The notes beneath the pieces are model-generated. The model saw nothing but the letters and a program-made list of their open reading frames with translations. It was not told the DNA's origin and searched no databases. Position numbers and translations under genes: made by a program. This document shows, in pieces, positions 55,539 through 64,000 of a DNA stretch of 64,000 bases (the first letter of the stretch is position 1; every line of letters starts with the position of its first letter). This stretch comes from Candidatus Saccharimonadota bacterium (GTDB taxonomy: Bacteria > Patescibacteriota > Saccharimonadia > Saccharimonadales > JACDBH01), in contig JACDBH010000004.1 of the NCBI GenBank assembly GCA_013694995.1, forward strand, positions 192,995 through 256,994, given 5' to 3'.

Positions 55539-57161
55539 ATGTATATGTCCCAGGATGCGAGATTGGAAGAAGAACTAAATGCACAACGGCGTTCCCGTAT
55601 ATTAGGTCTGCCATATATAGACACGACCAAACTCGCCAATAAACAGCTTTACTTACAGTTTCTAACCGTGCCTGAACTATACTCTGCACGGGTTATACCT
55701 TTAATGGCAGACCAGAGCAACGTTACTTTTGGTATTACTAACACGACTTCCCAGCAGACCCTAAAAGATTTGCAACAGCACTTCGGTGATTACCGCGTTA
55801 GCTTTGCCCTTATCTCTGATACCAGCTATAACGATTATATGAAACTGTATGACCCGCCCAAAGAAGTGAAATATGATGATATTCAAATTAAACCAATAGA
55901 CACTACTACTAACTTGCAGGCTAATGACCTGGCTTCTATTTCGGCTACATTGTCTCAAGTGCGTGCTGATGACATGTTGGCTTATTTAGTTAAACAAGCC
56001 TACCAACTTAAGGCGTCTGATATACATCTAGAAACCAGTAAAGGCAAGACGCGCATACGTTTTAGAGTCGATGGTGTGCTTCATGCTGTTGCCGAATTGC
56101 CAGAAGACAAATACCGGTTGCTGATCGGCTCAGTTGCTAGTGCCGCAAATATCTCGACCGTGTCAGCTGATGCCCAGACAGGACATATTGAACGGACATA
56201 CCGCCTTGCCGATAATTCTGAAGTCACTGCTAATTTGCGGGTTGAGACGGTGCCGACTGTGCATGGCCAGGACGCTGTGCTTAGGTTGTTTAACTTTAGG
56301 ACAGAATTTTTGAGGCTGGAAAGCCTAGGTCTGACCCAGTCAGAACAATCGGTTATTGGAGGTATATTACGACATCCTACAGGGCTTGTTTTAATAGTAG
56401 GACCTACTGGCTCTGGTAAAACCACAACGCTTTATAGCATGGTTAATGAACTGAATAACCCGGAGAGGAAAATCATTACCCTAGAGGATCCGGTTGAATA
56501 TGTTATAGACGGCATTACACAAATTCCGGTTGACTCACGCTCAGAGAAAGAAGGCTTTGCCAGTAAGCTAAGGGCGGTTTTAAGACTAGATCCGGACGTT
56601 ATTATGGTTGGTGAGATTCGTGACCTGGATACGGCTAAGACTGCACTTCAATCATCGCTAACTGGCCATCTGGTACTAAGCACTTATCACGCTAGTTCGT
56701 CTGCCGCGGCGTTGACCCGAATGCTCGATGCTATAGGTGAGAATCCATTGTTTATAAATTCTATTCGACTGATTACATCACAACGACTGATTCGTAAACT
56801 AGATGATGCTACCAAGCAGGCATATGAACCTGATGAAGCGGTTAAAATACTTATATGGAAAATTGTTGATGGCTTGCCTGAAGGCGTTGACCGGCCGAAC
56901 CTTGATAATATAACCTTATACAAACCCGGTACTTCCTCGGAGAACCCTTTCGGCTTTACCGGCCAAATTGCGATAAGGGAATTTATGTTGATGAATCCCG
57001 AGCTTCAAACCATTTTACGTAGACCTGCTCGCGAAGTTACTACTAACGAACTCGAACAAGCTGCTATTCGCGGCGGTATGATTACGCTGCAGCAAGCAGG
57101 AGTGCTCAAAGCCTTAAAAGGCGAGACGACAATTGAGGAAGTATTCCGGGTCATCGGCTAA
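55539..57161 (+). CDS. GspE/PilB-family type II/IV secretion ATPase
   Basis: 540 aa. Walker A GPTGSGKTT, Asp box ITLEDPVEY, Walker B IMVGEIRD, His box LVLSTYHA. Confidence 0.85.
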   Translation: MYMSQDARLEEELNAQRRSRILGLPYIDTTKLANKQLYLQFLTVPELYSARVIPLMADQSNVTFGITNTTSQQTLKDLQQHFGDYRVSFALISDTSYNDYMKLYDPPKEVKYDDIQIKPIDTTTNLQANDLASISATLSQVRADDMLAYLVKQAYQLKASDIHLETSKGKTRIRFRVDGVLHAVAELPEDKYRLLIGSVASAANISTVSADAQTGHIERTYRLADNSEVTANLRVETVPTVHGQDAVLRLFNFRTEFLRLESLGLTQSEQSVIGGILRHPTGLVLIVGPTGSGKTTTLYSMVNELNNPERKIITLEDPVEYVIDGITQIPVDSRSEKEGFASKLRAVLRLDPDVIMVGEIRDLDTAKTALQSSLTGHLVLSTYHASSSAAALTRMLDAIGENPLFINSIRLITSQRLIRKLDDATKQAYEPDEAVKILIWKIVDGLPEGVDRPNLDNITLYKPGTSSENPFGFTGQIAIREFMLMNPELQTILRRPAREVTTNELEQAAIRGGMITLQQAGVLKALKGETTIEEVFRVIG

Positions 57162-57174
57162 GTTATTTTAGAAC

Positions 57175-58344
57175 TTAAAACTGATTCTCTAACGAAACAG
57201 GGGGCACAATAACAGCCGCAACGGTTTTTACCAAGTTTGGATGAAGAATGCTTGGGATTATTTCTTCTGCCGTGGGATTTGGAACAAGCGAAGCAATGGC
57301 ATTGGCTGCTGCCAATTTATGTTCGTCGGTTATTCTAGTAACCTTGTTATCAAGCGCGCCACGGAAAATGCCGGGAAAGGCCAAGGCGTTATTAACTTGG
57401 TTTGGGTAATCGCTGCGTCCGGTAGCTACAATAGCGGCACCTGCTTGTTTAGCAACATCGGGTAAAATTTCAGGTTCAGGGTTGGCCATGGCAAATATCA
57501 CCGCTTTATCGGCCATCGATTTTACCGTTTCGGGCGTCAGCAGTCCGGCTCTAGATACACCTATAAAAATATCGGCGCCCATTAATGCATGTTCCAGAGA
57601 TCCGTCAATACTGCCGGGGTTAGTAAAAATTAATAGTGCATGTTTTTCGCTATTTAGGTCAGTACGATTCTTGCTAATAATACCTTTGCTATCGACTGCA
57701 ATCAGTTCTGCTTTGGTATATAAGTTCAAAAGTTTGATTATAGCCGTACCAGCAGCCCCGGCTCCAACTATAACAATCCGGCTTTCATCTAAATTTTTAC
57801 CAGTAACTTTTACTGAGTTTATCAGTCCGGCAAGTGTAACTATGGCCGTACCATGCTGGTCGTCATGCATAACTGGAATATTAAGTTCGGTTTTTAGGCG
57901 CTCTTCGATCCCAAAGCATTTAGGCGCTGAGATATCTTCTAGGTTGATTCCTCCAAAACTAGGCGCAATTGCTTTAATTGTTGAAATAATTTCCTCCGGT
58001 TCATGAACATTTAACACAATTGGGACGGCATTGATATCGGCAAAATGCTTAAACAACATAGACTTGCCTTCCATTACAGGCATAGCGCCGTAAGGGCCAA
58101 TATCGCCTAAGCCAAGTACAGACGAACCGTCAGATATAACTGCTACAAGATTATTGGTCCATGTGTAATCGCGCATTTCGTCGGGATGTTCGGCTGTATA
58201 TGTAGCAACTCCTCCGACTCCAGGACTATAATATGCACTCAACTTTTCTCTGCTACTCGGGGTATCACGCAAGCTAATGCCAATTTTTCCTTTATGCTCC
58301 TTATGTAGCTGCATGGCTAGTTCATAAATATCCATTGACACCAT
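57175..58344 (-). CDS. NAD(P)-dependent malic enzyme
   Basis: 389 aa. YSPGV, NLEDI, FHDDQHGTAIV-like VMHDDQHGTAIV, GAGAAG. Short ME form without a PTA domain. Confidence 0.9.
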   Translation of the reverse strand: MVSMDIYELAMQLHKEHKGKIGISLRDTPSSREKLSAYYSPGVGGVATYTAEHPDEMRDYTWTNNLVAVISDGSSVLGLGDIGPYGAMPVMEGKSMLFKHFADINAVPIVLNVHEPEEIISTIKAIAPSFGGINLEDISAPKCFGIEERLKTELNIPVMHDDQHGTAIVTLAGLINSVKVTGKNLDESRIVIVGAGAAGTAIIKLLNLYTKAELIAVDSKGIISKNRTDLNSEKHALLIFTNPGSIDGSLEHALMGADIFIGVSRAGLLTPETVKSMADKAVIFAMANPEPEILPDVAKQAGAAIVATGRSDYPNQVNNALAFPGIFRGALDNKVTRITDEHKLAAANAIASLVPNPTAEEIIPSILHPNLVKTVAAVIVPPVSLENQF

Positions 58345-58435
58345 TGTAATTTATTTTTTACCCTTGGCACATAAAAAATTTAACAGCGCTATAACCCTTG
58401 CAATAAGAAGTTAAATAGTGTAAAGTGGAACGGTT

Positions 58436-58882
58436 ATGTCGTCTGTGATTGCGGCTTTGGAAGCCAAACAAAAAAAACACCAGGTCGTTGACGTGAGAAG
58501 CGGCGATAGCGTTCGCGTGCATCAGAAAATCAAGGAAGGCACCAAAGAGCGTGTGCAGATATTTGAAGGTCTAGTTATCCGCACCGATCGCAAAAACTCT
58601 CTTTCTAGTATTATCACTGTACGAAGAGTAGCCAGTGGCATTGGCGTTGAAAAAACCTACCTTCTACATTCTCCGTTAGTTGTTAAAATCGAAGTTATAA
58701 AGCGTAGTAAAGTCCGACGTAACTACCTAAGTTACATGCGCAAACGTTCCGGTAAATCGGCTCGACTTACCGGATCAGTATTTGATAAAGAAGCTGTTAA
58801 TACCATCGAAGATGCACCGGTTGTTGAAGAAGCGGTAATAGTGGCCACGAATGAGCCTGTCGACGTAGAAGCTAAAGAGTAA
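58436..58882 (+). CDS. rplS: 50S ribosomal protein L19 with acidic C-terminal extension
   Basis: 148 aa. GDSVRVHQKIKEG.KERVQIFEG and SP.V..IEV motifs. About 30 extra C-terminal residues. Confidence 0.9.
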   Translation: MSSVIAALEAKQKKHQVVDVRSGDSVRVHQKIKEGTKERVQIFEGLVIRTDRKNSLSSIITVRRVASGIGVEKTYLLHSPLVVKIEVIKRSKVRRNYLSYMRKRSGKSARLTGSVFDKEAVNTIEDAPVVEEAVIVATNEPVDVEAKE

Positions 58883-58904
58883 ACATATTTATAAAAACTA
58901 TTAA

Positions 58905-58928
58905 CCCAGGCAATTGCCTGGGTTTTTT
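58905..58928 (+). terminator. intrinsic terminator after rplS
   Basis: CCCAGGC-aatt-GCCTGGG perfect 7-bp stem followed by T6. Confidence 0.8.
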
Positions 58929-58945
58929 GCTATTCTAAAGAAATC

Positions 58946-59515
58946 ATGAAGTACGCCATAGGCATTGATGAAGTAGGACGAGGTAGCTGGGCAGGTCCTT
59001 TGTTGGTTGTAGCAGCGCGTCAAAAAGCCAGTCTGTCATTGCAGCTAGCAGACTCTAAAAAACTTTCAAGAATTAAGCGTCAGTCGTTCATGAAACACAT
59101 AAAATTAAGCTGTGATATCGGCGAAGGCTGGGTCGGTGCAGCAGAAATTGACAGTCTTGGGCTAAGCGCCGCCATGAAACTAGGAGTAACAAGAGCGCTT
59201 GGAGAAATTTCTGCACGTTCAGAAGAGCTTATTATTATGGATGGAGCTATAAATTACTGTAATCTAAAATTCAAGAATGTTAGAACAATCATAAAGGCGG
59301 ACGCCACATATCCGATTGTCAGCGCAGCCAGCATCCACGGTAAAGTCACGCGGGATAGGTATATGTCAGACCTTGGCGCAGAGTATAAGTTATATAGTTT
59401 TGAAAAGCATGTCGGTTACGGCACTAAGTATCATTTGGATTTGCTAAAAATCCATGGTATCAGCAATATGCACCGTCGTTCTTTTGCACCAATTAAAGCA
59501 CTGGCGGTTATATGA
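58946..59515 (+). CDS. rnhB: ribonuclease HII
   Basis: 189 aa. GIDEVGRGSWAGPL, DSKKLS, ADATYPIVSAASI. Confidence 0.85.
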   Translation: MKYAIGIDEVGRGSWAGPLLVVAARQKASLSLQLADSKKLSRIKRQSFMKHIKLSCDIGEGWVGAAEIDSLGLSAAMKLGVTRALGEISARSEELIIMDGAINYCNLKFKNVRTIIKADATYPIVSAASIHGKVTRDRYMSDLGAEYKLYSFEKHVGYGTKYHLDLLKIHGISNMHRRSFAPIKALAVI

Positions 59516-59856
59516 GTACTGTGAGTGATGGGAATCTCGCAGAGGAGGCCGTTGGTCATAAATTAAAAACACTCGGCTATAAAATAATCGAACAGAACTG
59601 GAAAACTGCTTATGCTGAAATCGATATTGTTGCTACGAAGGCTGATACAATTATTTTTATAGAAGTTAAATACCGTAGAACAGATTATGCAGGGGACGGG
59701 TTTGATTACATTACTTCAAACAAGCTTAATCATATAATGCGTGCTGCTAGAGGTTGGGTACAAGAACATGATTGGCGAGGACCGTACGAGCTTATGGCAG
59801 CATCAGTTCTTGGCAATGAGCCGGATTATAAAATTGAATTGAGGCAAATACTCTAA
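59512..59856 (+). CDS. yraN: YraN family (UPF0102) endonuclease-like protein
   Basis: 114 aa. GYKIIEQNWKT.YAEIDIVA...IIFIEVKYR pattern. 4-nt overlap with rnhB. Confidence 0.8.
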   Translation: MSTVSDGNLAEEAVGHKLKTLGYKIIEQNWKTAYAEIDIVATKADTIIFIEVKYRRTDYAGDGFDYITSNKLNHIMRAARGWVQEHDWRGPYELMAASVLGNEPDYKIELRQIL

Positions 59857-59861
59857 TTATT

Positions 59862-62462
59862 TTATTTGGCTTTAAGATATTTTTGCAATGCATTAAGATC
59901 ACGTGTCCGCCAAGCTGATTGCCATTGAATAATTTCGATACCTTGGTTGATTGAGCGTTCAAGTTTTGGATTCTTGAGTGGTTCAAAAAACTTTTTAAAT
60001 TCTTTTAAAAATATCTCATCACTGAAAGCCCGAGCTGTATATACCGGGGTCCGATAGAAGCTTAGGTCCGTACCTAGGTTTTTATCCATCCAGGCCCAGT
60101 TATCTTTTACCCACTGCCATGTCTTATCTTTAGCAAAACGATTAGAAAAACTGTAGATAATCCAATAAGCCACATCTTGCAACCTAACGCGGTCGGTGGT
60201 AATAAAACCAAGGCTTTTGTCAATTAATTCATCTTGCTCAAAGTTGGTTATAGCAGCAGCCAGGGTAATTCTCTCCTCGGCGTTCTGTGTGCTGTCATAA
60301 AGATTAAGTAATTTACTAAATTCCGCTTTGCTACCTCTCCTGGCCACTGTAGCATAAACAATACCACGAAGGTCGGGATGAAGGTCTTCGCTGGCTTTGA
60401 CAGCCTGAAAACGTTTAGTACATTCCTCAACTACCGAAGGAACGTCGGCACCAGAAGCTAAACCCAGGATAGTTGGCCGTAGAAGTTTATCAAAATGACT
60501 GTCGTTGGGTTTTTCATCCCAACCAAGTCTTTCTAACTCCGGAGCCGTTAGCTGAGAAATGTAAGGTTTTAAATTTTCTCGTACAAAATCGTCATTCATA
60601 ACTCGCCGTAACTCAATAATATTGCCGGCGATTATATCCCAGACAGCAGCATTCTGTTCATGGGTATAAGCTTCTAGTAATTCCATAACATCGACAGTTG
60701 GACTGTAGCCTGCCTTGGCTGCTTCAAAAGCATCGCCTAAAAGTCCTATGCGGTCAGTTGCCCCTAAGCCTCGAATCGATTTAGCCAGCAACGCAAGGTG
60801 GGTTGAGTCATATATAGTTCTAAAAAATCCTTGATGATTAGCATTAAGAATAAGTGGGTTTGATGATTGTTGAAACTTTATATCGGCATGTCCATGTTCT
60901 AGAGTGTCGGGTTTTAAAGTTTCTGAAGCTAATAATGGTACTGGCCATTTTAAATCTGATTTATTAGCCTCTGGGTTCAGATAGAACCGGTCTTGAGTAA
61001 GCGACGCACTATATTTACCGACATTTGCGCGCACAATTGGGAAACCAGACTGTGAAGTCCAGGCGTGCATAAATTTCTTGACCGGTTTTTTAGATATTTC
61101 TTCTATTGCCGCCCACAAATCGACAGTGTCCGTGTTGCTATAGGCGTAAAGTTTTAAATAGTGACGTAATCCTTCGCGAAACGTTTCGGCGCCCAGGTAA
61201 TTGTGAAGCATGTGTATAACGCCTGAGCCTTTCTGATAGCTGATAGCATCAAATATTGTACGGATTTCATCAGGGTGTCTTACTTCGACTTCTACCGGGT
61301 GCGTAAATTCCAAAGCATCCAGTCGCATACCATGGGCCTGATCTTCAGTAATATATTGAGTCCAAATATCCCACTCAGGGTATAGGTGGTCCACGGCCAG
61401 GTATTCAATCCAACTGGCAAAACCTTCGTTTAGCCAAAGGTCTGTCCACCAGCGCATAGTAACCAGATTCCCAAACCACATATGGGCAAGTTCGTGGGCA
61501 ATAACCATAGCGACTTGTTGCTTGGTCGTTAACGAAGTATTTTTATCGTCAACCAATAGGGCCTGTTCACGGTAAGTAACTAGCCCCCAGTTTTCCATTG
61601 CCGCAGAAGCAAAATCAGGGAGTGCAACCATGTCGCATTTAGGTAGAGGATAAGAAATATCGAAATAATTTTCGTAAAAATCAAGTACCTTGGAGGCTGT
61701 GCTTACAGCAAATTCAAGATATTCCACATTATCAGGCGTCGAGTAGGCCCGCACTGTTACCCCAGATTTAGCCTTTGTTTCTTTAAATCCAAGCTCACCA
61801 TAAGCAAACGCTACCAGGTAAGAACTCATTATGGGAGTAGTCTCAAACACTGTTTTTAGTAATGTAGGATTACCTTTACTTTCAACCCTAGCTTGGTTTT
61901 TTACCGGAGTATTACCAAGAACAACAGCCTGTTTATTTTCAGGAGTAATAAGGGTTATGTCAAATGTGGCTTTGGCTTCAGGCTCGTCAACACAGGGGAA
62001 TACTTCTCTAGCATGGTGGCTTTCGAACTGGGTGGCCAATAGTTTCTTATCTTTTTTAGCGTGAGTAAAATAACAGGGATATATACCGTTCATTGGTTCG
62101 GTAATTATGCCCCGGAATTCCATCATTACCGAGTATTCACCTGGAAACAACTTACTTTTGCTATGCAAACGAACTTCGTCATAAGCCATATGGGTATTAA
62201 TACGGTCAAAAACGATTGGCTCATCGCCCTTTTTATCGTGGCGGATGGCACTTGCGCTGATAAATTTTAAGCCTTTTTGGTGAAAAGTTATTCTCTGGCT
62301 TGGACGTCCAGTTTTTCTACCTCTAATTGTAACCTTACCTTTAAAAATCATCTTATCTGGGTCAAGTTCTAACAAGAGCTTATAATTGCTCGGCTTGGTA
62401 CCCTCAAACAAACGTGCCACTTTTTTCTTCATGGTCTCTATTGTAGCAGTGCAGTGAGTCAT
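59862..62462 (-). CDS. pepN: M1 family aminopeptidase (aminopeptidase N)
   Basis: 866 aa. Exopeptidase motif AAMENWG, zinc site HELAHMWFGN...WLNEGFA, ERAP1-like C-terminal domain. Confidence 0.9.
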   Translation of the reverse strand: MTHCTATIETMKKKVARLFEGTKPSNYKLLLELDPDKMIFKGKVTIRGRKTGRPSQRITFHQKGLKFISASAIRHDKKGDEPIVFDRINTHMAYDEVRLHSKSKLFPGEYSVMMEFRGIITEPMNGIYPCYFTHAKKDKKLLATQFESHHAREVFPCVDEPEAKATFDITLITPENKQAVVLGNTPVKNQARVESKGNPTLLKTVFETTPIMSSYLVAFAYGELGFKETKAKSGVTVRAYSTPDNVEYLEFAVSTASKVLDFYENYFDISYPLPKCDMVALPDFASAAMENWGLVTYREQALLVDDKNTSLTTKQQVAMVIAHELAHMWFGNLVTMRWWTDLWLNEGFASWIEYLAVDHLYPEWDIWTQYITEDQAHGMRLDALEFTHPVEVEVRHPDEIRTIFDAISYQKGSGVIHMLHNYLGAETFREGLRHYLKLYAYSNTDTVDLWAAIEEISKKPVKKFMHAWTSQSGFPIVRANVGKYSASLTQDRFYLNPEANKSDLKWPVPLLASETLKPDTLEHGHADIKFQQSSNPLILNANHQGFFRTIYDSTHLALLAKSIRGLGATDRIGLLGDAFEAAKAGYSPTVDVMELLEAYTHEQNAAVWDIIAGNIIELRRVMNDDFVRENLKPYISQLTAPELERLGWDEKPNDSHFDKLLRPTILGLASGADVPSVVEECTKRFQAVKASEDLHPDLRGIVYATVARRGSKAEFSKLLNLYDSTQNAEERITLAAAITNFEQDELIDKSLGFITTDRVRLQDVAYWIIYSFSNRFAKDKTWQWVKDNWAWMDKNLGTDLSFYRTPVYTARAFSDEIFLKEFKKFFEPLKNPKLERSINQGIEIIQWQSAWRTRDLNALQKYLKAK

Positions 62463-62564
62463 GCTAAACTGCTTATGTTAAAGGAAAAACAAAAATATGT
62501 TCGGATGGCAACAAGACCGCGAGAGCCTGCGGCAACTTGACCGCAAGGTTTAGTTTATAAAAAA

Positions 62565-62590
62565 ACCGACCTGAAATGGTCGGTTTTTTT
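62565..62590. terminator. hairpin plus U-tract module H1 (reads as hairpin+U on both strands)
   Basis: A7-ACCGACC-tgaaat-GGTCGGT-T6. Located in a divergent promoter region, not at a gene 3' end. Confidence 0.55.
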
Positions 62591-62639
62591 ATGATAAATT
62601 TCCACTCTAGATTCGTAAACTCATTCTTTTTATATTATA

Positions 62640-62668
62640 TTTACAAAATACCTTTATTGCAGTAATAT
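62640..62668 (+). promoter_or_regulatory. candidate nusA promoter
   Basis: TTTACA (62640-62645), 17-nt spacer, TAATAT (62663-62668). Confidence 0.45.
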
Positions 62669-62678
62669 AAGTCTGATG

Positions 62679-62703
62679 CCCGGCCCAAATGGTCGGGTTT
62701 TTT
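62679..62703 (+). terminator. hairpin plus U-tract module H2 in the nusA leader
   Basis: CCCGGCC-caaat-GGTCGGG (one G-U) followed by T6, 30 nt upstream of the nusA ATG. Shares AAATGGTCGG plus T-run with H1. Confidence 0.55.
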
Positions 62704-62733
62704 ACTGAAAAAAACTGAAAACGAAAGGAAATT

Positions 62734-63888
62734 ATGGATTTTGACTTAAAACAACTCGGCACGGCTATAAAAGCTATTGCCGAGGAGAAGAACTTATCAG
62801 AAGAAGTTGTACAGGAAGTTGTCGAACAGGCTCTAGCGGCAGCATACCGCCGTGATTATGGTGACCGCGAACAAGAAGTGCGCGTAACCATGAACCTCAA
62901 CAATGGCGATGTTGACGCTTTCATAACCAAGACGATAGCTGACAAGGTAGAAGATGAGTTTTTGGAAATCAGTCTTAAGGACGCCGGCGTAATGCGCAAG
63001 AACGCCAAAGTCGGTGAAACAATTGAAGTTCACCAAAAAGTCAGCAGCTTCGGCCGCGTAGCCGCCCAGACCGCTAAGCAGGTTATTTTGCAACGGTTAA
63101 GGGAAGCAGAACGCGAAATCGTCATGGCCGAGTACGAGGATAAAATCGGCACTGTCATTAACGGCATAGTTGGCAGGGTTGAGGGTAACATTGTCCGGAT
63201 GGAGTTAGGAAAGGCTCAGGCTATTATGCCTAGAAGCGAACAAATACAAAGTGAACGCTATTATCCAGGTCAGAGGTTAAAAGTTTATCTTAAAGACGTA
63301 GAACGTGGTTTCCGTGGTCCTCAATTAGTTGTTTCGCGCGGATGCCAGGAATTTATTGAATGGTTGTTTAGGGCCGAAGTTCCGGAAATGGAAAGTGGTG
63401 CTGTCCAGATTAAGGCTATTGCCCGCGAAGCCGGTGTCCGCAGCAAAATAGCTGTAACAAGTACTGTTCAGGGCGTAGACCCGGTTGGTACTTTTGTGGG
63501 CGGACACGGTACGCGCGTTAATGCTGTTGTTTCTGAGGTTGGCGAACAGGAAAAAATTGACATCGTAATTTGGAATGAAGATACTAAGACTTTCATCAGT
63601 AATGCACTAAGTCCTACTAAAGTTAATAAAGTAAACCTAGATGAAAATATTAGAAAAGCAGTTGTGGCGGTCGATGAGGATCAGCTCAGTATAGCTATTG
63701 GAAAAAGTGGCCAGAATGTCCGCCTTGCCAGCAAGTTGACAGGCTATGACATAGATATTATTGCAGATCGTGCAGATGAACCAGCGCCTGAAGCCGTGGT
63801 TGAATCAGCCAAACCTGTCCAAAAACTGAAGAAGAAAGAACAGCTGGAAAGCTCACTGCTCGAAGCCATCGAAGAACACGGCGAGTAG
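62734..63888 (+). CDS. nusA: transcription termination/antitermination factor NusA
   Basis: 384 aa. N-terminal domain, S1 (GTVINGIVGRVEGNIVRMELG), KH1/KH2 (GVDPVGTFVGGHGTRV, AIGKSGQNVRLASKLTG). Confidence 0.95.
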   Translation: MDFDLKQLGTAIKAIAEEKNLSEEVVQEVVEQALAAAYRRDYGDREQEVRVTMNLNNGDVDAFITKTIADKVEDEFLEISLKDAGVMRKNAKVGETIEVHQKVSSFGRVAAQTAKQVILQRLREAEREIVMAEYEDKIGTVINGIVGRVEGNIVRMELGKAQAIMPRSEQIQSERYYPGQRLKVYLKDVERGFRGPQLVVSRGCQEFIEWLFRAEVPEMESGAVQIKAIAREAGVRSKIAVTSTVQGVDPVGTFVGGHGTRVNAVVSEVGEQEKIDIVIWNEDTKTFISNALSPTKVNKVNLDENIRKAVVAVDEDQLSIAIGKSGQNVRLASKLTGYDIDIIADRADEPAPEAVVESAKPVQKLKKKEQLESSLLEAIEEHGE

Positions 63889-64000
63889 ATATTAACAACT
63901 AGGAGGGGTTGCCTTTACTGAAAGGTACATGGCCTGTGAGCATGAAATTGCTGAAGATAGCTAAACATTTCATTGCCCAAATCCTTGATTAGCACTCTTG

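Noticed and set aside
63889-64000. Possible ylxR-like or small ORF after nusA (AGGAGG then TTG at 63910, 29 codons).
   Set aside because: It is too short and lacks the YlxR R-x-C-x-x-C motif. The window ends before any downstream context (infB) can be seen.
1-64000. CRISPR arrays, tRNA or rRNA genes, IS elements, prophage or defence islands.
   Set aside because: Reading all intergenic spacers longer than 50 nt, I saw no regularly spaced direct repeats, no cloverleaf-compatible 70-90-nt segments with GTTCRANYC T-loops, no rRNA-like sequence, and no transposase, integrase or recombinase ORFs.

Overview
This 64-kb window is a densely packed, mostly housekeeping stretch of a moderately AT-rich bacterial chromosome. 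I support about 70 CDS, one SAM-I riboswitch, several intrinsic terminators and a few promoter or operator candidates. I found no rRNA, tRNA, CRISPR array, transposase, integrase or prophage genes. The gene content suggests a small-genome Patescibacteria/CPR (Saccharibacteria-like) organism, but that is inference, not a database result. The supporting features are a split transketolase, a compact 329-aa MetK, gatCAB, translationally coupled genes, many small membrane-anchored proteins, a lone PilB-type ATPase and a 21-kb co-directional run from ppa to dnaE. The most unusual feature is a 1,024-nt gene-free interval (25597-26620) between a DUF2207 membrane protein and an ABC exporter. It is locally GC-rich, is preceded by a near-consensus promoter, and contains many long, nested, perfectly complementary helices, a UUCG-capped hairpin and mutually exclusive pairings. 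It lacks the signatures of tmRNA, RNase P, SRP RNA, T-box or group II introns, so I propose a large structured non-coding RNA of unknown class. Other items worth a second look: (1) a TM-anchored HEPN/DUF4145-like protein translationally coupled between gatA and gatB; (2) a MazG-like NTP pyrophosphatase wedged between the two transketolase halves; (3) two sequence-related hairpin plus U-tract modules directly downstream of the divergent pepN and nusA promoters; (4) an AT-rich 0.8-kb island with two small basic ORFs and a 20-bp perfect palindrome; (5) an unrecognisable 412-aa protein paired with a TIGR00725/SLOG-type protein.
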